Shown: positions 17,955 through 27,554, counted from the stretch's first letter. The stretch: DNA of 64,000 nucleotides from an uncultured Planctomycetales bacterium (GCA_964653435.1 CAZZFA010000013.1:7407-71406), one strand, 5' to 3'. Translations and numbers: made by a program. Notes: generated from the sequence alone by a model not told the origin.

Positions 17955-18809
17955 ATGAGCCATCCGGAGAAGACGTCATCCCCCGCCTTGTCGGATCTTC
18001 CGAACGACGAGCTGCGCGAGTACGGCGGAAAGCTCGGGCTGAATCTGCGCCCCGACATGGCGGCCGGCGAGATGCTTCGCCTGATCCGCGCGCGTCAGGA
18101 ACTGCTTATCGAGCTGGACCGGCAGGCGCTGCTGGATATCTGCGTCTGGGCGCGCCGTCCGGTGCGGCAGTCGGCCAGCAAGGAGGAGCTCGCGCGGGAG
18201 ATCGCGGGGATCACGCGGATGCATTTCGACGGGTTATCGCACCGGGGTCTCGTCGCGCTGGCCAGGCTCCGCGGCGTACCGGCGCGCGACGAGGACGACG
18301 ACGCGACGGTAATTCGCCGGATGAAGGATGCAGAGTCGCTCCTGCAGAAGCTGCGGCGAAAACGCCGGGCCCTGGTCGGTTCGCTGCTGGAGAAGATGAT
18401 CGGCGGCGGGGGGGGCGCGGCGGAGGGCGAGTACCGTTTCCTGCCGGAGGAGGCGGGCGGGGCCGCCTTCCGGGAGCAGATCGAGGAAGCGGGGGTGGTC
18501 GGCGGGATCGCCCGGCGCATCCGCGGCGTCGCGGACGACTACGTGCGCGAGAAGCTCGATGAGATCGAGGCGCGGATCGACCGCAAGCTCGACGAGATCG
18601 ATCACCGGCTCGCGGACTGGCGGGACCAGGAGATTGCAAACCGTCTCAAGATCATCAAGATCACTCTGATCGCGTCGATTCTTGTCGCGGCCCTGAGTTT
18701 GGGTTATAGTGCGTTGCGATCGAGGATCGTGAAGCCGGCCGCGCCGACGCCGGCCGCCCAGCCGCTCCACGGGGAGCGCGGCGCGGCGTCCCCGGGGGCT
18801 TCGCAGTAG
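17955..18809 (+). CDS. Protein with three HeH/Rho-N-like helical repeats, a coiled coil and a C-terminal TM anchor
   Basis: Three similar ~35-aa units (DLPNDELREYGGKLGL; ELDRQALLDICVWARRPV..SKEELAREI; GLSHRGLVALARLRGV), coiled coil EKLDEIEARIDRKLDEID, TM IIKITLIASILVAALSLGY. Confidence 0.65.
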   Translation: MSHPEKTSSPALSDLPNDELREYGGKLGLNLRPDMAAGEMLRLIRARQELLIELDRQALLDICVWARRPVRQSASKEELAREIAGITRMHFDGLSHRGLVALARLRGVPARDEDDDATVIRRMKDAESLLQKLRRKRRALVGSLLEKMIGGGGGAAEGEYRFLPEEAGGAAFREQIEEAGVVGGIARRIRGVADDYVREKLDEIEARIDRKLDEIDHRLADWRDQEIANRLKIIKITLIASILVAALSLGYSALRSRIVKPAAPTPAAQPLHGERGAASPGASQ

Positions 18810-18841
18810 GTTGTGTCGAGTTCAGGGGGAGTCTTCCCGTC

Positions 18842-19285
18842 ATGTACGAACATCTCAGCCCCCGCGTGGAGAAGGTGATCAAGCTGGCCAATCGCATTGC
18901 GCACGAGTACGGCCAGGAATACGTGGGCACCGAGCACGTCCTCCTCGCGATCGTCGAGGAGGGCACGGGCAAAGGCGTCGAAGTGCTGGCGCGGCACGCG
19001 ATCGACGCGCCGAAGGTCAAGGCGGAGGTCGATCGGCTGATCGAGAAGAGCATGGAGGATACGTGGGTGTTCGGCCGGCTGCCGGGCACGCCGCACTTCC
19101 GCAACGTCGTCGCCCGGGCGATTGAGGAGGCGCGTGACCTCGGCTCGAAGGAGGTCTGCACGGAGCATCTTCTTCTCGGCCTCCTGCGGGAAAAGGGGAG
19201 CGTTGCCTATAACGCCCTGATCAACCTGGGGCTGAATCTCGCCGACGCACGCCGGGAGATCGCCGACCTCGATTCGTCCGACTAA
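18842..19285 (+). CDS. Stand-alone Clp ATPase N-terminal (double Clp_N repeat) domain protein
   Basis: MYEHLSPRVEKVIKLA...YVGTEHVLLAI and EVCTEHLLLGLL; no AAA+ domain follows. Confidence 0.88.
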   Translation: MYEHLSPRVEKVIKLANRIAHEYGQEYVGTEHVLLAIVEEGTGKGVEVLARHAIDAPKVKAEVDRLIEKSMEDTWVFGRLPGTPHFRNVVARAIEEARDLGSKEVCTEHLLLGLLREKGSVAYNALINLGLNLADARREIADLDSSD

Positions 19286-21525
19286 TACGACAGCGCGTAC
19301 AGGACGATGTTCGCGGCGATTTTGCGCGCATCGTCGGGCTCCAGGCCCCGGCAGCCGTAGCAGAAGTGTCCGTCCAGCGGGCAGCCGATGCTGTAGGGGC
19401 TGTACACGAGGACCGTGCGGCCCCCGATCGTGACGCCCTCCAGCACCGGCGTGCAGAGGTTCGGCTGCTCGGCCAGGACGGCCGGGCGATACTGCACGCG
19501 ATCGAGCCGGAATCCGAGTTCTCCGGAGAGGATGGAATGCGCGGGCGGCAGCGGTTCGAGCCTGCCGTCGGGGAACAGTTCGGCGACCATTCGGCGGAAG
19601 GATGCGTCGAAGGCCTTGCGCCCGCAGCAGGCATCGGCGAAGAGGAATCCGCCGCGCTCGAGGTGGCGCCGGAGGGCCTGGATCTCATCCGCCGTGAGCC
19701 GGAAGGGGAAGTGGCCCGTCATGAAGATAATCGGATGCTGTCGAAGGGCCTCGTCCGTGGCGCGGAGCGGTATCGCCTGCGGCACGATATCCACGTCCGC
19801 CTGGTCGTGCAGGAACCGCGCGAGGTTGGGCAGGGCCTTCGGATCGGGGCGCCAGTCGCCGTCGTGCATGAGCTGGCCGATGTAGAGTGCCGAAGGCGGC
19901 AGCGGCGTGTTGTCGGCTTCCGTGCGGACGACATGGACGACATCGAGCTTGTCGCGGAGCTTTTGCCGCCCGACGAAGTAGGCGGCGATGTTCGTCCCGA
20001 GTGCGAAGGCGCGTGCGCTGAGCGTCGGGACATCCGCCTGCTCCCAGAGGCAGGACACGTCGCGGGGCAGGAAGATCACGCTCGTGCGGCAGGCGGCATC
20101 GATGCCGAGCACCTCGACATCCCCGGCGATCTCGGAGTACGCATGAAAGATCGGATGGTCCCGGCCGAGCCGCCGCAGCGGGGTGTCGGGGAAGGCCTGC
20201 GCGGCGAACTTCTCGAAGCCCGCGCGGAACTCCGGGCGGCTGCAGCAGGCTTCCGCCAGGATGGCGCCGCCCTGGCGGACGAACTCGGCGAACTTCTCCG
20301 TCTGCTCCGGGGAAAACGTCGGGAACGTGTGCCCGTTGAAATACAGGATCGGTGCGGTGAGCCATTCTTCGAGCGGCGCATCGAGATCGACTACCTGCCA
20401 GCTCACCGGCTCGCCGAGTTTGTCTCCGATGGCGGCAATGAGATTGCTGATGTCGTTGCGGTCCTGATTCCAGCGATCGTCCGCGGACCAGCGAAGCTTG
20501 TTGACAAGCAGGGCCCGGTGACCCTTGCCCAGAAACAGAATCGCGAAGGACGTGTCCACCACGTCGTTCATCTCGCGCCAACTGCCGTTCTCATGCTGAC
20601 GCCGGACGAGCTCCGCCGCGCCCTCGCGGTACCAGTCATGCCGGCCCAGGAACCGCAGGCCCGAGATCATCCCGACGCGTTCGAGGCCGTACAGGTAGTA
20701 ATAGTAGTAGTTTCCGCGGGGCGGGTTCTCCGTCGCGTCGAAGTGAGCAGCCAGCCACGCGACGCCCCGCAGCACGGCCCGGTTGTCCGAGTACCTGCCG
20801 CAGTCCGGCGCCCGGCCGCCGGTGGTGTAACCGTGTTCGTGGCCGACGCGGAGTCTGTTGCCGACGATGTACAGGCTCGCGACGCCGGCCGCCGTCATGC
20901 TGCCGGTCGTCAGCGGGCCGCGCCCTTCGTACGCCCACCCGCCATCGTTCCGCTGTGTCTGGACCCAATCGCTCTCGGCCCGGCGCCAGACGGTCTCCGG
21001 CACCCGCACGCCCGCGCGGGCGGCCTCGTGCAGGCCCAGGAGGGCGAATTGCGAGTTGGAGTGATCCGTCCGCGTGAGGTTGATTTCGTAGCCCCACCCG
21101 CCATCCTGACGCTGGGCGTCGATGAGCCAGTTCGCTGCCGCCTGGATGTCGGCGCGGTATCGCACCGGGTCCACGGCGGCGAGGGCCTGGGCCTTCAGAG
21201 CGACGACGTATGTCCACTGGTTGGGGACGCGGCGGAGGAAATCGGCGGCGCGCGTGATGGCGGGATCGTTGGCCGGTACGCCCGCGTTGCGCATCGCCAG
21301 GATCGCCATCGCGGTCGTTCCCCCGGGCAGGTGCATCTCGCGCCAGCTTCCGTCTGCCCGCTGGGTCGAACGCAGGAAATCGAGACCCGCACGAATGGCC
21401 AGTCTGACCTGCTCGCCGCTGACATCCGGCTCAGCCGCGTACGCCGCCGGTCCACAGCAGATGGCCGCGACGGCAGGCAGGCAGAGGCAGATGCGGAAAG
21501 TGCCGTCGCAACGATTACGCGTCAT
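19282..21525 (-). CDS. Secreted DUF4159-domain protein with N-terminal prenyltransferase/squalene-cyclase-like alpha/alpha toroid
   Basis: QW-like repeats (QRADGSW, QRQDGGWGY, QRNDGGWAY, QHENGSW), then two DUF4159-like units (PILYFNGH; PIIFMTGH..L.RHLERGGFLFADACCG). Confidence 0.8.
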   Translation of the reverse strand: MTRNRCDGTFRICLCLPAVAAICCGPAAYAAEPDVSGEQVRLAIRAGLDFLRSTQRADGSWREMHLPGGTTAMAILAMRNAGVPANDPAITRAADFLRRVPNQWTYVVALKAQALAAVDPVRYRADIQAAANWLIDAQRQDGGWGYEINLTRTDHSNSQFALLGLHEAARAGVRVPETVWRRAESDWVQTQRNDGGWAYEGRGPLTTGSMTAAGVASLYIVGNRLRVGHEHGYTTGGRAPDCGRYSDNRAVLRGVAWLAAHFDATENPPRGNYYYYYLYGLERVGMISGLRFLGRHDWYREGAAELVRRQHENGSWREMNDVVDTSFAILFLGKGHRALLVNKLRWSADDRWNQDRNDISNLIAAIGDKLGEPVSWQVVDLDAPLEEWLTAPILYFNGHTFPTFSPEQTEKFAEFVRQGGAILAEACCSRPEFRAGFEKFAAQAFPDTPLRRLGRDHPIFHAYSEIAGDVEVLGIDAACRTSVIFLPRDVSCLWEQADVPTLSARAFALGTNIAAYFVGRQKLRDKLDVVHVVRTEADNTPLPPSALYIGQLMHDGDWRPDPKALPNLARFLHDQADVDIVPQAIPLRATDEALRQHPIIFMTGHFPFRLTADEIQALRRHLERGGFLFADACCGRKAFDASFRRMVAELFPDGRLEPLPPAHSILSGELGFRLDRVQYRPAVLAEQPNLCTPVLEGVTIGGRTVLVYSPYSIGCPLDGHFCYGCRGLEPDDARKIAANIVLYALSY

Positions 21526-22783
21526 CGACGCTCTCCGTGAGACCCCGGCTCGCGCGGGTGAGCATTATACCGGTCGGGGGTTGGGGCATGGGCTTTGGGG
21601 GTAAGGCGCCGGCTTGCGCCTGTGTAATCATGCTGGCGGAAATGGTCCCCCCAACGGCCGTGCGCCCGCCCGGCGCCGCGGAATGTGGCCGAGGCGGCTG
21701 CGCTCCCACGATGGCCGCGAGCCGCCGAAGCGACTGATCCTTGTCGTTCGGCGAGATCTTTGCCCGTCGCACGGCCGCCTCGAGAATCGCGATATTCCGA
21801 TCGTACGTCTCGCGATCGACAGGGAACGGGTGGCCGTCCTTCCCGCCATGGGCGTAGCTGAACGTGGCCGGGTCGCGCCGGCATTGCCGGGCGTCGTAGA
21901 TCAGTTCGGCGATCAGCGCAAGGCTTCGGATCGTTCGCGGACCGACGCCTTGCAGGCCGAGCAACCGCTCGAAGTCGGCGGGGCTGTGCTCGTGGAGCAC
22001 ACGAAGGATGCGGGAGAGGCGTTTCGGATCGATATCGACGGTTCTGACCGGATGATGAGCCGGCAGGAAGAGCGACGGGCCGGCCTGGACTTCACGCAGG
22101 ATGCGCTCGGGGTCAAGGGCCGCCACCTGTACGCTCGCCCGTCGCGAGGCCTCCGCTTCGCGCGCCACCATGTTCAGGAAGCAGAGTTGCTCGCCCGGCG
22201 CGGCCTCGGAGTCGATGCCGTGATGCGGTTCGCACACGAAGTCCAGATCGCCGCGGCTGAGCCAGTGGTAGCGACGGGCGTAACCCGTCGCGCCGTTCAT
22301 CCCCTGCTGGACCACGCACCAGCTTGAATCGTCGGCGAAGAAGAAGGTGTGGGCGTAGATGTCGTAGCCATCCTGGACGGCGGCGCTGTCCACCTTGGCC
22401 GCCATCCTGGAGGCGTAGATGAGCCGATCGCCGGGCAGCGACCGTCGCTCGCTTATCGCCGCGATTTCGTCGGGGGTCTTGCGTGAGACCGCGCCCTTGC
22501 CGCCGGCTACATGGATGCCCAGGTCGCCCCCGCGCGTCCGGTATGCTTCCTTCATGGCACCGCAGGTGACGGTAGTGAGGCCGCTGGAGTGCCAGTCGAA
22601 ACCGAGCACGCACCCGAAAGCCTGAAACCACGCCGGGTCGGCCAGCCGTGCGAGCATCTCGGCGGGGCCGTACTCGCCGACGATCGTCTGCGTGATCGCC
22701 CCGGCGAGCCGGTGCATGCGCCGGAAGAGCCATGCGGGGGCCTGTCCGGTGTGGAGAGGCAGATGAGCAACGCTTCGCTTCAT
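21515..22783 (-). CDS. DUF763 family protein
   Basis: LPLHTGQAPAWLFRRM, DPAWFQAFGCVLGFDWHSSGLTT, KVDSAAVQDGY and FSYAHGGKDGHPFPVDR are characteristic DUF763 motifs. Confidence 0.88.
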   Translation of the reverse strand: MKRSVAHLPLHTGQAPAWLFRRMHRLAGAITQTIVGEYGPAEMLARLADPAWFQAFGCVLGFDWHSSGLTTVTCGAMKEAYRTRGGDLGIHVAGGKGAVSRKTPDEIAAISERRSLPGDRLIYASRMAAKVDSAAVQDGYDIYAHTFFFADDSSWCVVQQGMNGATGYARRYHWLSRGDLDFVCEPHHGIDSEAAPGEQLCFLNMVAREAEASRRASVQVAALDPERILREVQAGPSLFLPAHHPVRTVDIDPKRLSRILRVLHEHSPADFERLLGLQGVGPRTIRSLALIAELIYDARQCRRDPATFSYAHGGKDGHPFPVDRETYDRNIAILEAAVRRAKISPNDKDQSLRRLAAIVGAQPPRPHSAAPGGRTAVGGTISASMITQAQAGALPPKPMPQPPTGIMLTRASRGLTESVDDA

Positions 22784-22859
22784 GCGTGCCTTCGGTTTTC
22801 CCCGGTCGGCGCAGCGGCCGACGGTGCGCCCTACCATACCCGATCGTGTTGCGTCTTCA

Positions 22860-24467
22860 ATGAGGGCATCCGACGCCCTTGCTCGTACGTCGCAGGCGGA
22901 TTACGTTGACGCAGTGTTCGCCCGGTTGCTCGGCACGGTGTTGTTCCTGCTGCACGCGGCGGCCGTCGTCGCCTCGCTGGCCGGTCCCGTGCTCGTCCTG
23001 TTGAGCACCTTTCATGAGGGCCCGCGCATTACGGTCGCCCCCTGGCGGCATGTCTTCGGCGATCTGTCCCGGTGGGGTACGCTGCTCGGCAACACCGGTG
23101 CTGTCGTGGGAATTGCCGTGCCCGTCTGCATGGCGGCCGGTATCGTTCTGGGCGTGACCCTGTTTCGGACGGACATCGCCTGTCGTCGGGTCTGGATCGC
23201 CGTCATGCTCTTTACGGCGACGATTCCTTTGTATGTCGTCAGCGCCTCGATCATCGCGATGGCCGGGCTGGAACGCTGGCTGGGTTCCCGGCTGATGGTT
23301 GCCTTGATTCACGCGGCGGCCTATGTGCCGATCGTCAGCCTCATCATCGGCATGGCGGTGCGGTCGGTACGCGCGGACCTGGAGGAGGCGGCGCTTGCAG
23401 AGGGGGCCGCCCCGGTGCGGACGCTGTGCCATGTTACGCTGCCGATGGCCGCCGGCGGACTGGTGGCGTCGCTGGTGCTGGTGGTCCTCTGGATCACGAC
23501 GGACTACTCGGTTTCCGATGTCCTGCTCGTTCGCACCTTCGCCGAGGAAGTCTATACGCAATACCAGCTTCGCGGGCGGTTTCAGGAGCCGGCCCTTGTC
23601 TGCGTGCCGCAGGTCCTGCTCTTTGCCGCGCTGCTCTGGTCGCTTCGCAGGAGGTTTCTCTCCGGCGAGCCCGTCGAGGGCGACCCTCCGGCCGGCGGCG
23701 CGCCGCATCGGTTCAGGACGGGCCGGTGGCGATGGCCGGCGACGGTTGCGGCCGGTGCCGTTGTTCTGGCGCTGGCACTCGGCCCCGCCGTGTTTCTGGG
23801 CTGCCGGCTGTCCCGGACGCATGACGGGATGACGCTCCTGTTGTCGTTCGCCCCGGAGATTCGCACGTCGATTGCGACAGGTCTCGCGGCGGCGGTCCTG
23901 ACGGCGGCCCTGGCGGTCGGGCTGGCGTGGTTTCTCGTCTGTCGGCGACGGTGGCGGAGCGTTCTGGCGGCGTACGTCGTGCTCATGCTGGCCTTCCCCG
24001 CGCCGATTCTGGGGATGGGGCTGATCCGGATCTTCAACCGGCCCGGTGTGCCGGGCTGGGTGTACGACTCGCCGCTGATCCTGGTGCTGGCGTACACGAT
24101 CCGGTTTCTGCCCGTCGCGGTCGTGCTGCTGATACCGGCGATTCGGGCGGTGCCCGGAGAATGCGAGCTGGCGGCGAAGGTGGACGGCTGCGGCACCGTT
24201 GGGACCTGGTGGTACCTGATCTGGCCGCTGTGCCTGCCTGCCGCGCTGGTGGCGATGTTCGCGGTGTTCGTTCTGGCGATCGGGGAGCTGCCTTGCTCTC
24301 TGCTTGTCACTCCACCAGGATATGTCACGGTGGGTGCCCGCTTCTTCAGTCTGATTCATTACGGCCTGTACCCTGATGCAGCGGCGTTGTGCATGATCTC
24401 GATGGCGGCCGTGCTCGTACCGTCGGGCGGGCTTGTCTGGCTTCTCCGCAAGAGATTGCTGAGCTGA
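22860..24467 (+). CDS. ABC transporter permease, Fe(III)/thiamine (FbpB/ThiP-like) class, two BPD_transp units
   Basis: Multiple TM helices; EAA loops LEEAALAEGA and CELAAKVDGC; start codon uncertain. Confidence 0.85.
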   Translation: MRASDALARTSQADYVDAVFARLLGTVLFLLHAAAVVASLAGPVLVLLSTFHEGPRITVAPWRHVFGDLSRWGTLLGNTGAVVGIAVPVCMAAGIVLGVTLFRTDIACRRVWIAVMLFTATIPLYVVSASIIAMAGLERWLGSRLMVALIHAAAYVPIVSLIIGMAVRSVRADLEEAALAEGAAPVRTLCHVTLPMAAGGLVASLVLVVLWITTDYSVSDVLLVRTFAEEVYTQYQLRGRFQEPALVCVPQVLLFAALLWSLRRRFLSGEPVEGDPPAGGAPHRFRTGRWRWPATVAAGAVVLALALGPAVFLGCRLSRTHDGMTLLLSFAPEIRTSIATGLAAAVLTAALAVGLAWFLVCRRRWRSVLAAYVVLMLAFPAPILGMGLIRIFNRPGVPGWVYDSPLILVLAYTIRFLPVAVVLLIPAIRAVPGECELAAKVDGCGTVGTWWYLIWPLCLPAALVAMFAVFVLAIGELPCSLLVTPPGYVTVGARFFSLIHYGLYPDAAALCMISMAAVLVPSGGLVWLLRKRLLS

Positions 24468-24490
24468 GAGGCTTGGCGGGAGATTCTTCC

Positions 24491-25531
24491 ATGAACGCGG
24501 GTTGCCGAAGGCTGATGATTGCGTCGTTCCTGGCTGTCGCGATGACGGCGTGCGATCGTCGCGAGGCCGGTATGGCCCCGCCGAGCCGCGAGGTGGTGGT
24601 GTACACGGCGCTCGATCGGGAGTTTTCGGAGCCGATCCTGAAGGACTTCGAGAAAACGACGGGTATCAGGGTTCTTGCGCAGTACGACGTCGAATCCACC
24701 AAGACGGTGGGGCTTGCCAACCGCATCCGGGCCGAGGCGTTGCGGCCGCGGTGCGACGTCTTCTGGAACAACGAGATCCTCAATACGCTCATGCTCAAGA
24801 AGGAAGGGCTGCTCGCTCCGTGCCACCCGTCCGAGGCGCGGAATTACGCAGCCCCGTGGAAGGACCCGGAGGGATACTGGTACGGTTTCGCGGCCCGCGC
24901 CCGTGTCATCCTCGCGAATACCCGGCTGGTGCCGGACCAGGCCTTTCCCCGGTCCATCCATGACCTTGCCGATCCCCGGTGGAAGGGCAGGACCGGCATC
25001 GCCAAGCCGCTCTTCGGTACGACGGCCTCGCATGTGGCGTGTCTCTTCGCCGCGCTGGGTCCGCAGGCGGTCGGAAAGTACCTCGACTCGCTCAAGGCCA
25101 ACGACGTACAGGTCCACGGCGGGAACAAGGGCTGTGCCACCGCCGTGGCCGATGGGGCCGCCGCCTTTGCCCTCACCGACACGGACGACGCGATCGGCGA
25201 GCTGGAGGCCGGCAAGCCGGTCCGGATCGTCTACCCCGACAGCGATTCCGACGGGATCGGCACGCTGTTTCTGCCGAACACGTTATCGGTCATCAGGGGC
25301 GCACCACACCCGGCCGAGGCTGCGGAGCTGGTGAACTATCTCCTCTCCGCCGCCGTAGAAAGGCGATTGGCGGACGGCCCGTCGGCACAGATTCCGCTCA
25401 ACCAGACCGCCGCGCCGAATCCCCGCGTGAAAGGGCCCGGGCAGGTCAAGGCGATGGCGGTGGACTTTGCGGCCGCCGCCGCGGCATTCGAGCAGGCGAG
25501 GCAGGCGGTCGAGTCGCGTTTCCTTCGGTGA
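24491..25531 (+). CDS. ABC transporter substrate-binding lipoprotein (FbpA/FutA/AfuA-like)
   Basis: Lipobox AMTA-C; VVVYTALD, CDVFWNNE, WYGFAARARVI, DLADPRWKG and FLPNTLSVI. Confidence 0.85.
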   Translation: MNAGCRRLMIASFLAVAMTACDRREAGMAPPSREVVVYTALDREFSEPILKDFEKTTGIRVLAQYDVESTKTVGLANRIRAEALRPRCDVFWNNEILNTLMLKKEGLLAPCHPSEARNYAAPWKDPEGYWYGFAARARVILANTRLVPDQAFPRSIHDLADPRWKGRTGIAKPLFGTTASHVACLFAALGPQAVGKYLDSLKANDVQVHGGNKGCATAVADGAAAFALTDTDDAIGELEAGKPVRIVYPDSDSDGIGTLFLPNTLSVIRGAPHPAEAAELVNYLLSAAVERRLADGPSAQIPLNQTAAPNPRVKGPGQVKAMAVDFAAAAAAFEQARQAVESRFLR

Positions 25532-25628
25532 TTTTCCGGTCGTCTGTTGGCGGTGAGACGGCCGCGCCGGGGCCGATGAGAGCCGTCCGTTCCGGAATAG
25601 GCGCGCGACAGACGGCGACGCGGCTCCT

Positions 25629-25667
25629 GACGTGGTGCGGGACGTGGTGCGGAGAAGCTGATACAGT
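25629..25667 (+). promoter_or_regulatory. 12-bp tandem direct repeat plus -10 box upstream of the flippase
   Basis: GACGTGGTGCGG x2 (25629-25652), then TACAGT (25662-25667), 8 nt before ATG 25676. Confidence 0.45.
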
Positions 25668-25675
25668 TCACGGCA

Positions 25676-27175
25676 ATGAGTACGGCGGGCGCATCAATTC
25701 GGAACGAGGTTCGGGGGATTGCCCGGCACGGCACGGTTTACATGCTGGCCGCGCTGGCCTCGAAGGCTGTCGGCTTTCTGATGATCCCGCTGTACACGCA
25801 CTACCTCAGCACGGCGGACTACGGGCGTCTTGAGTTGCTGGATCTGACCGCCACGCTGATTTCGATGCTGGCCGGGATGGGCATTGGCACGGCGGCGATG
25901 CGGTACTACTACGATTCGGACGACCCGGTGCGCAGCCGGACGGCCATCTCGACGGCGTTTATCGGAGGGATGCTGTTCATGGGGTCGGGGGCGCTTCTTT
26001 TATGTCTGTGCTCGCGCCCGATCGCCTCGATCCTGCTGGAGGACAGCCGCCTCTACCGGCTGGTGCTCATCCAGGCTGCGGGTCTGTTTCTGGACGGCTC
26101 GTGCAGCATCGCGCAGTCCTACATGCGGATCGGCGGGCGGTCCGGTCTGCTGGTGACGGTCTCCATGCTGCGGCTGGTGGTGGGGCTCGCATTGAACATT
26201 CTGTTCGTGGCTGGTCTGCGTCTCGGCGTCGCAGGGGTCCTCCTCGGCGGATTTGCCGGGGCGCTGGTGGCATTCACGATCCAGTCGGCATGGTTGGTGC
26301 GCCAGGTTCGCATGTGCTTCGATCGCGAGTTGTTCTGGAAACTCTGGCGATACGGAGCGCCGCTGGTGCCTTCTGCCTTCGCGACGTTCGTGGTGGCATA
26401 TGCGGATCGTTTTCTGCTGCGGGCCTTCGGCGAGCTCGGTGACGTGGGAGTCTACTCCCTCGCGTACAAGTTCGGCTTCCTTGTGCAGTTTCTCTTTGTC
26501 GCGAACTTCCACATGGTCTGGGACCCGCGGGTTTTCGATGTCGCGAAACGGCCGAACGCGCAAGAGGTTTTCGCCCGCATTCTCACGTACTGGTTTGCGG
26601 GGCTGTGCTGGGGGGCCTTGGCGTTGTCGGTCGGCGCGCACGCGGTCATTCCGCATATCTCGCCGCAGCCGTACTGGTCCGCAAGGACGTACGTCTGGCT
26701 GATTGCGGCGGCCTACGTCCTCAACGGCGTACGCACATACTGTACGCTGGGCCTGTTGGTGACGGACCGTACGTCCGTCGTGGGGAAGGCTATGGGCCTG
26801 CTCAGCGTCGTATGGATTGGTGCCTACGCGTTGCTCATCTGGAAGATGAAGGCGCTGGGTGGTGCGATCGGCACTCTGCTTTCCTACGGGGGCACTTGCG
26901 TGATTCTGGTCGGGCTCGCGTTGCGTGCCTATCCCATGCCGATCGAATGGCGACGTCTCCTTGCTGTGGCATGTTCCGCGGGCCTTGTCTATGTCGTTGC
27001 AGTGCGTGTCGACGTCGATCATGCGGTGTTTGGGGTGGCATTGAAGGCGCTGTTCGTACTCGCCTACCCTCTGCTGCTTGTCGCCTCCGGCTTTCTGCGG
27101 CAGGAGGAGCGTGCGATGCTGCGAGCGTGGTTGGGGCGGTTCCGGCGAGGTGTCTCACCGCCCTCGAGCGTCTGA
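25676..27175 (+). CDS. wzx: Wzx-type oligosaccharide flippase (MOP superfamily)
   Basis: HGTVYMLAALASKAVGFLMIPLYTHYLSTADYG, RYGAPLVPSA and ADRFLL..FGELGDVGVYSLAYKF; many TM helices. Confidence 0.88.
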   Translation: MSTAGASIRNEVRGIARHGTVYMLAALASKAVGFLMIPLYTHYLSTADYGRLELLDLTATLISMLAGMGIGTAAMRYYYDSDDPVRSRTAISTAFIGGMLFMGSGALLLCLCSRPIASILLEDSRLYRLVLIQAAGLFLDGSCSIAQSYMRIGGRSGLLVTVSMLRLVVGLALNILFVAGLRLGVAGVLLGGFAGALVAFTIQSAWLVRQVRMCFDRELFWKLWRYGAPLVPSAFATFVVAYADRFLLRAFGELGDVGVYSLAYKFGFLVQFLFVANFHMVWDPRVFDVAKRPNAQEVFARILTYWFAGLCWGALALSVGAHAVIPHISPQPYWSARTYVWLIAAAYVLNGVRTYCTLGLLVTDRTSVVGKAMGLLSVVWIGAYALLIWKMKALGGAIGTLLSYGGTCVILVGLALRAYPMPIEWRRLLAVACSAGLVYVVAVRVDVDHAVFGVALKALFVLAYPLLLVASGFLRQEERAMLRAWLGRFRRGVSPPSSV

Positions 27176-27554
27176 TTCCCGTTGCGGGTTCGTATTGGTC
27201 TTCCTCCGGTCCGAGTGACGCGGCCGGGGAGAGCTCCTGCCCGGGGGGACGGCTCCCGACCTTGTTGCCGATGCGCCGCAGAGGAGCGTTCAGGCATTCG
27301 TCGTCGATCCGCCGGATCGCCCGCAGGACCGGAAGGCGCTCTGTGCGAGGCGCCTTCGGCACCGCGCGCTTTGGGCGCGGTCAACGGGAAAGTCCGTCAG
27401 AGCGCGCGGGATAGGCGAGGTATTGGCGTCCTCGGCCAGTCCCCGGGGTGATGCGGAGCCGAGCAACGTTCGTGGAACGCCGGCGTTGGGGGACCGTCGG
27501 CTTCGTTGGCAGGCGGCCCGCGATGGAAACCGCCCCGGGTTTCACGGACTCACG

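Noticed and set aside
21515-21720. Extended C-terminal tail of DUF763 overlapping the DUF4159 promoter and start
   Set aside because: Low-complexity extension best explained by stop-codon drift; no evidence of a function.
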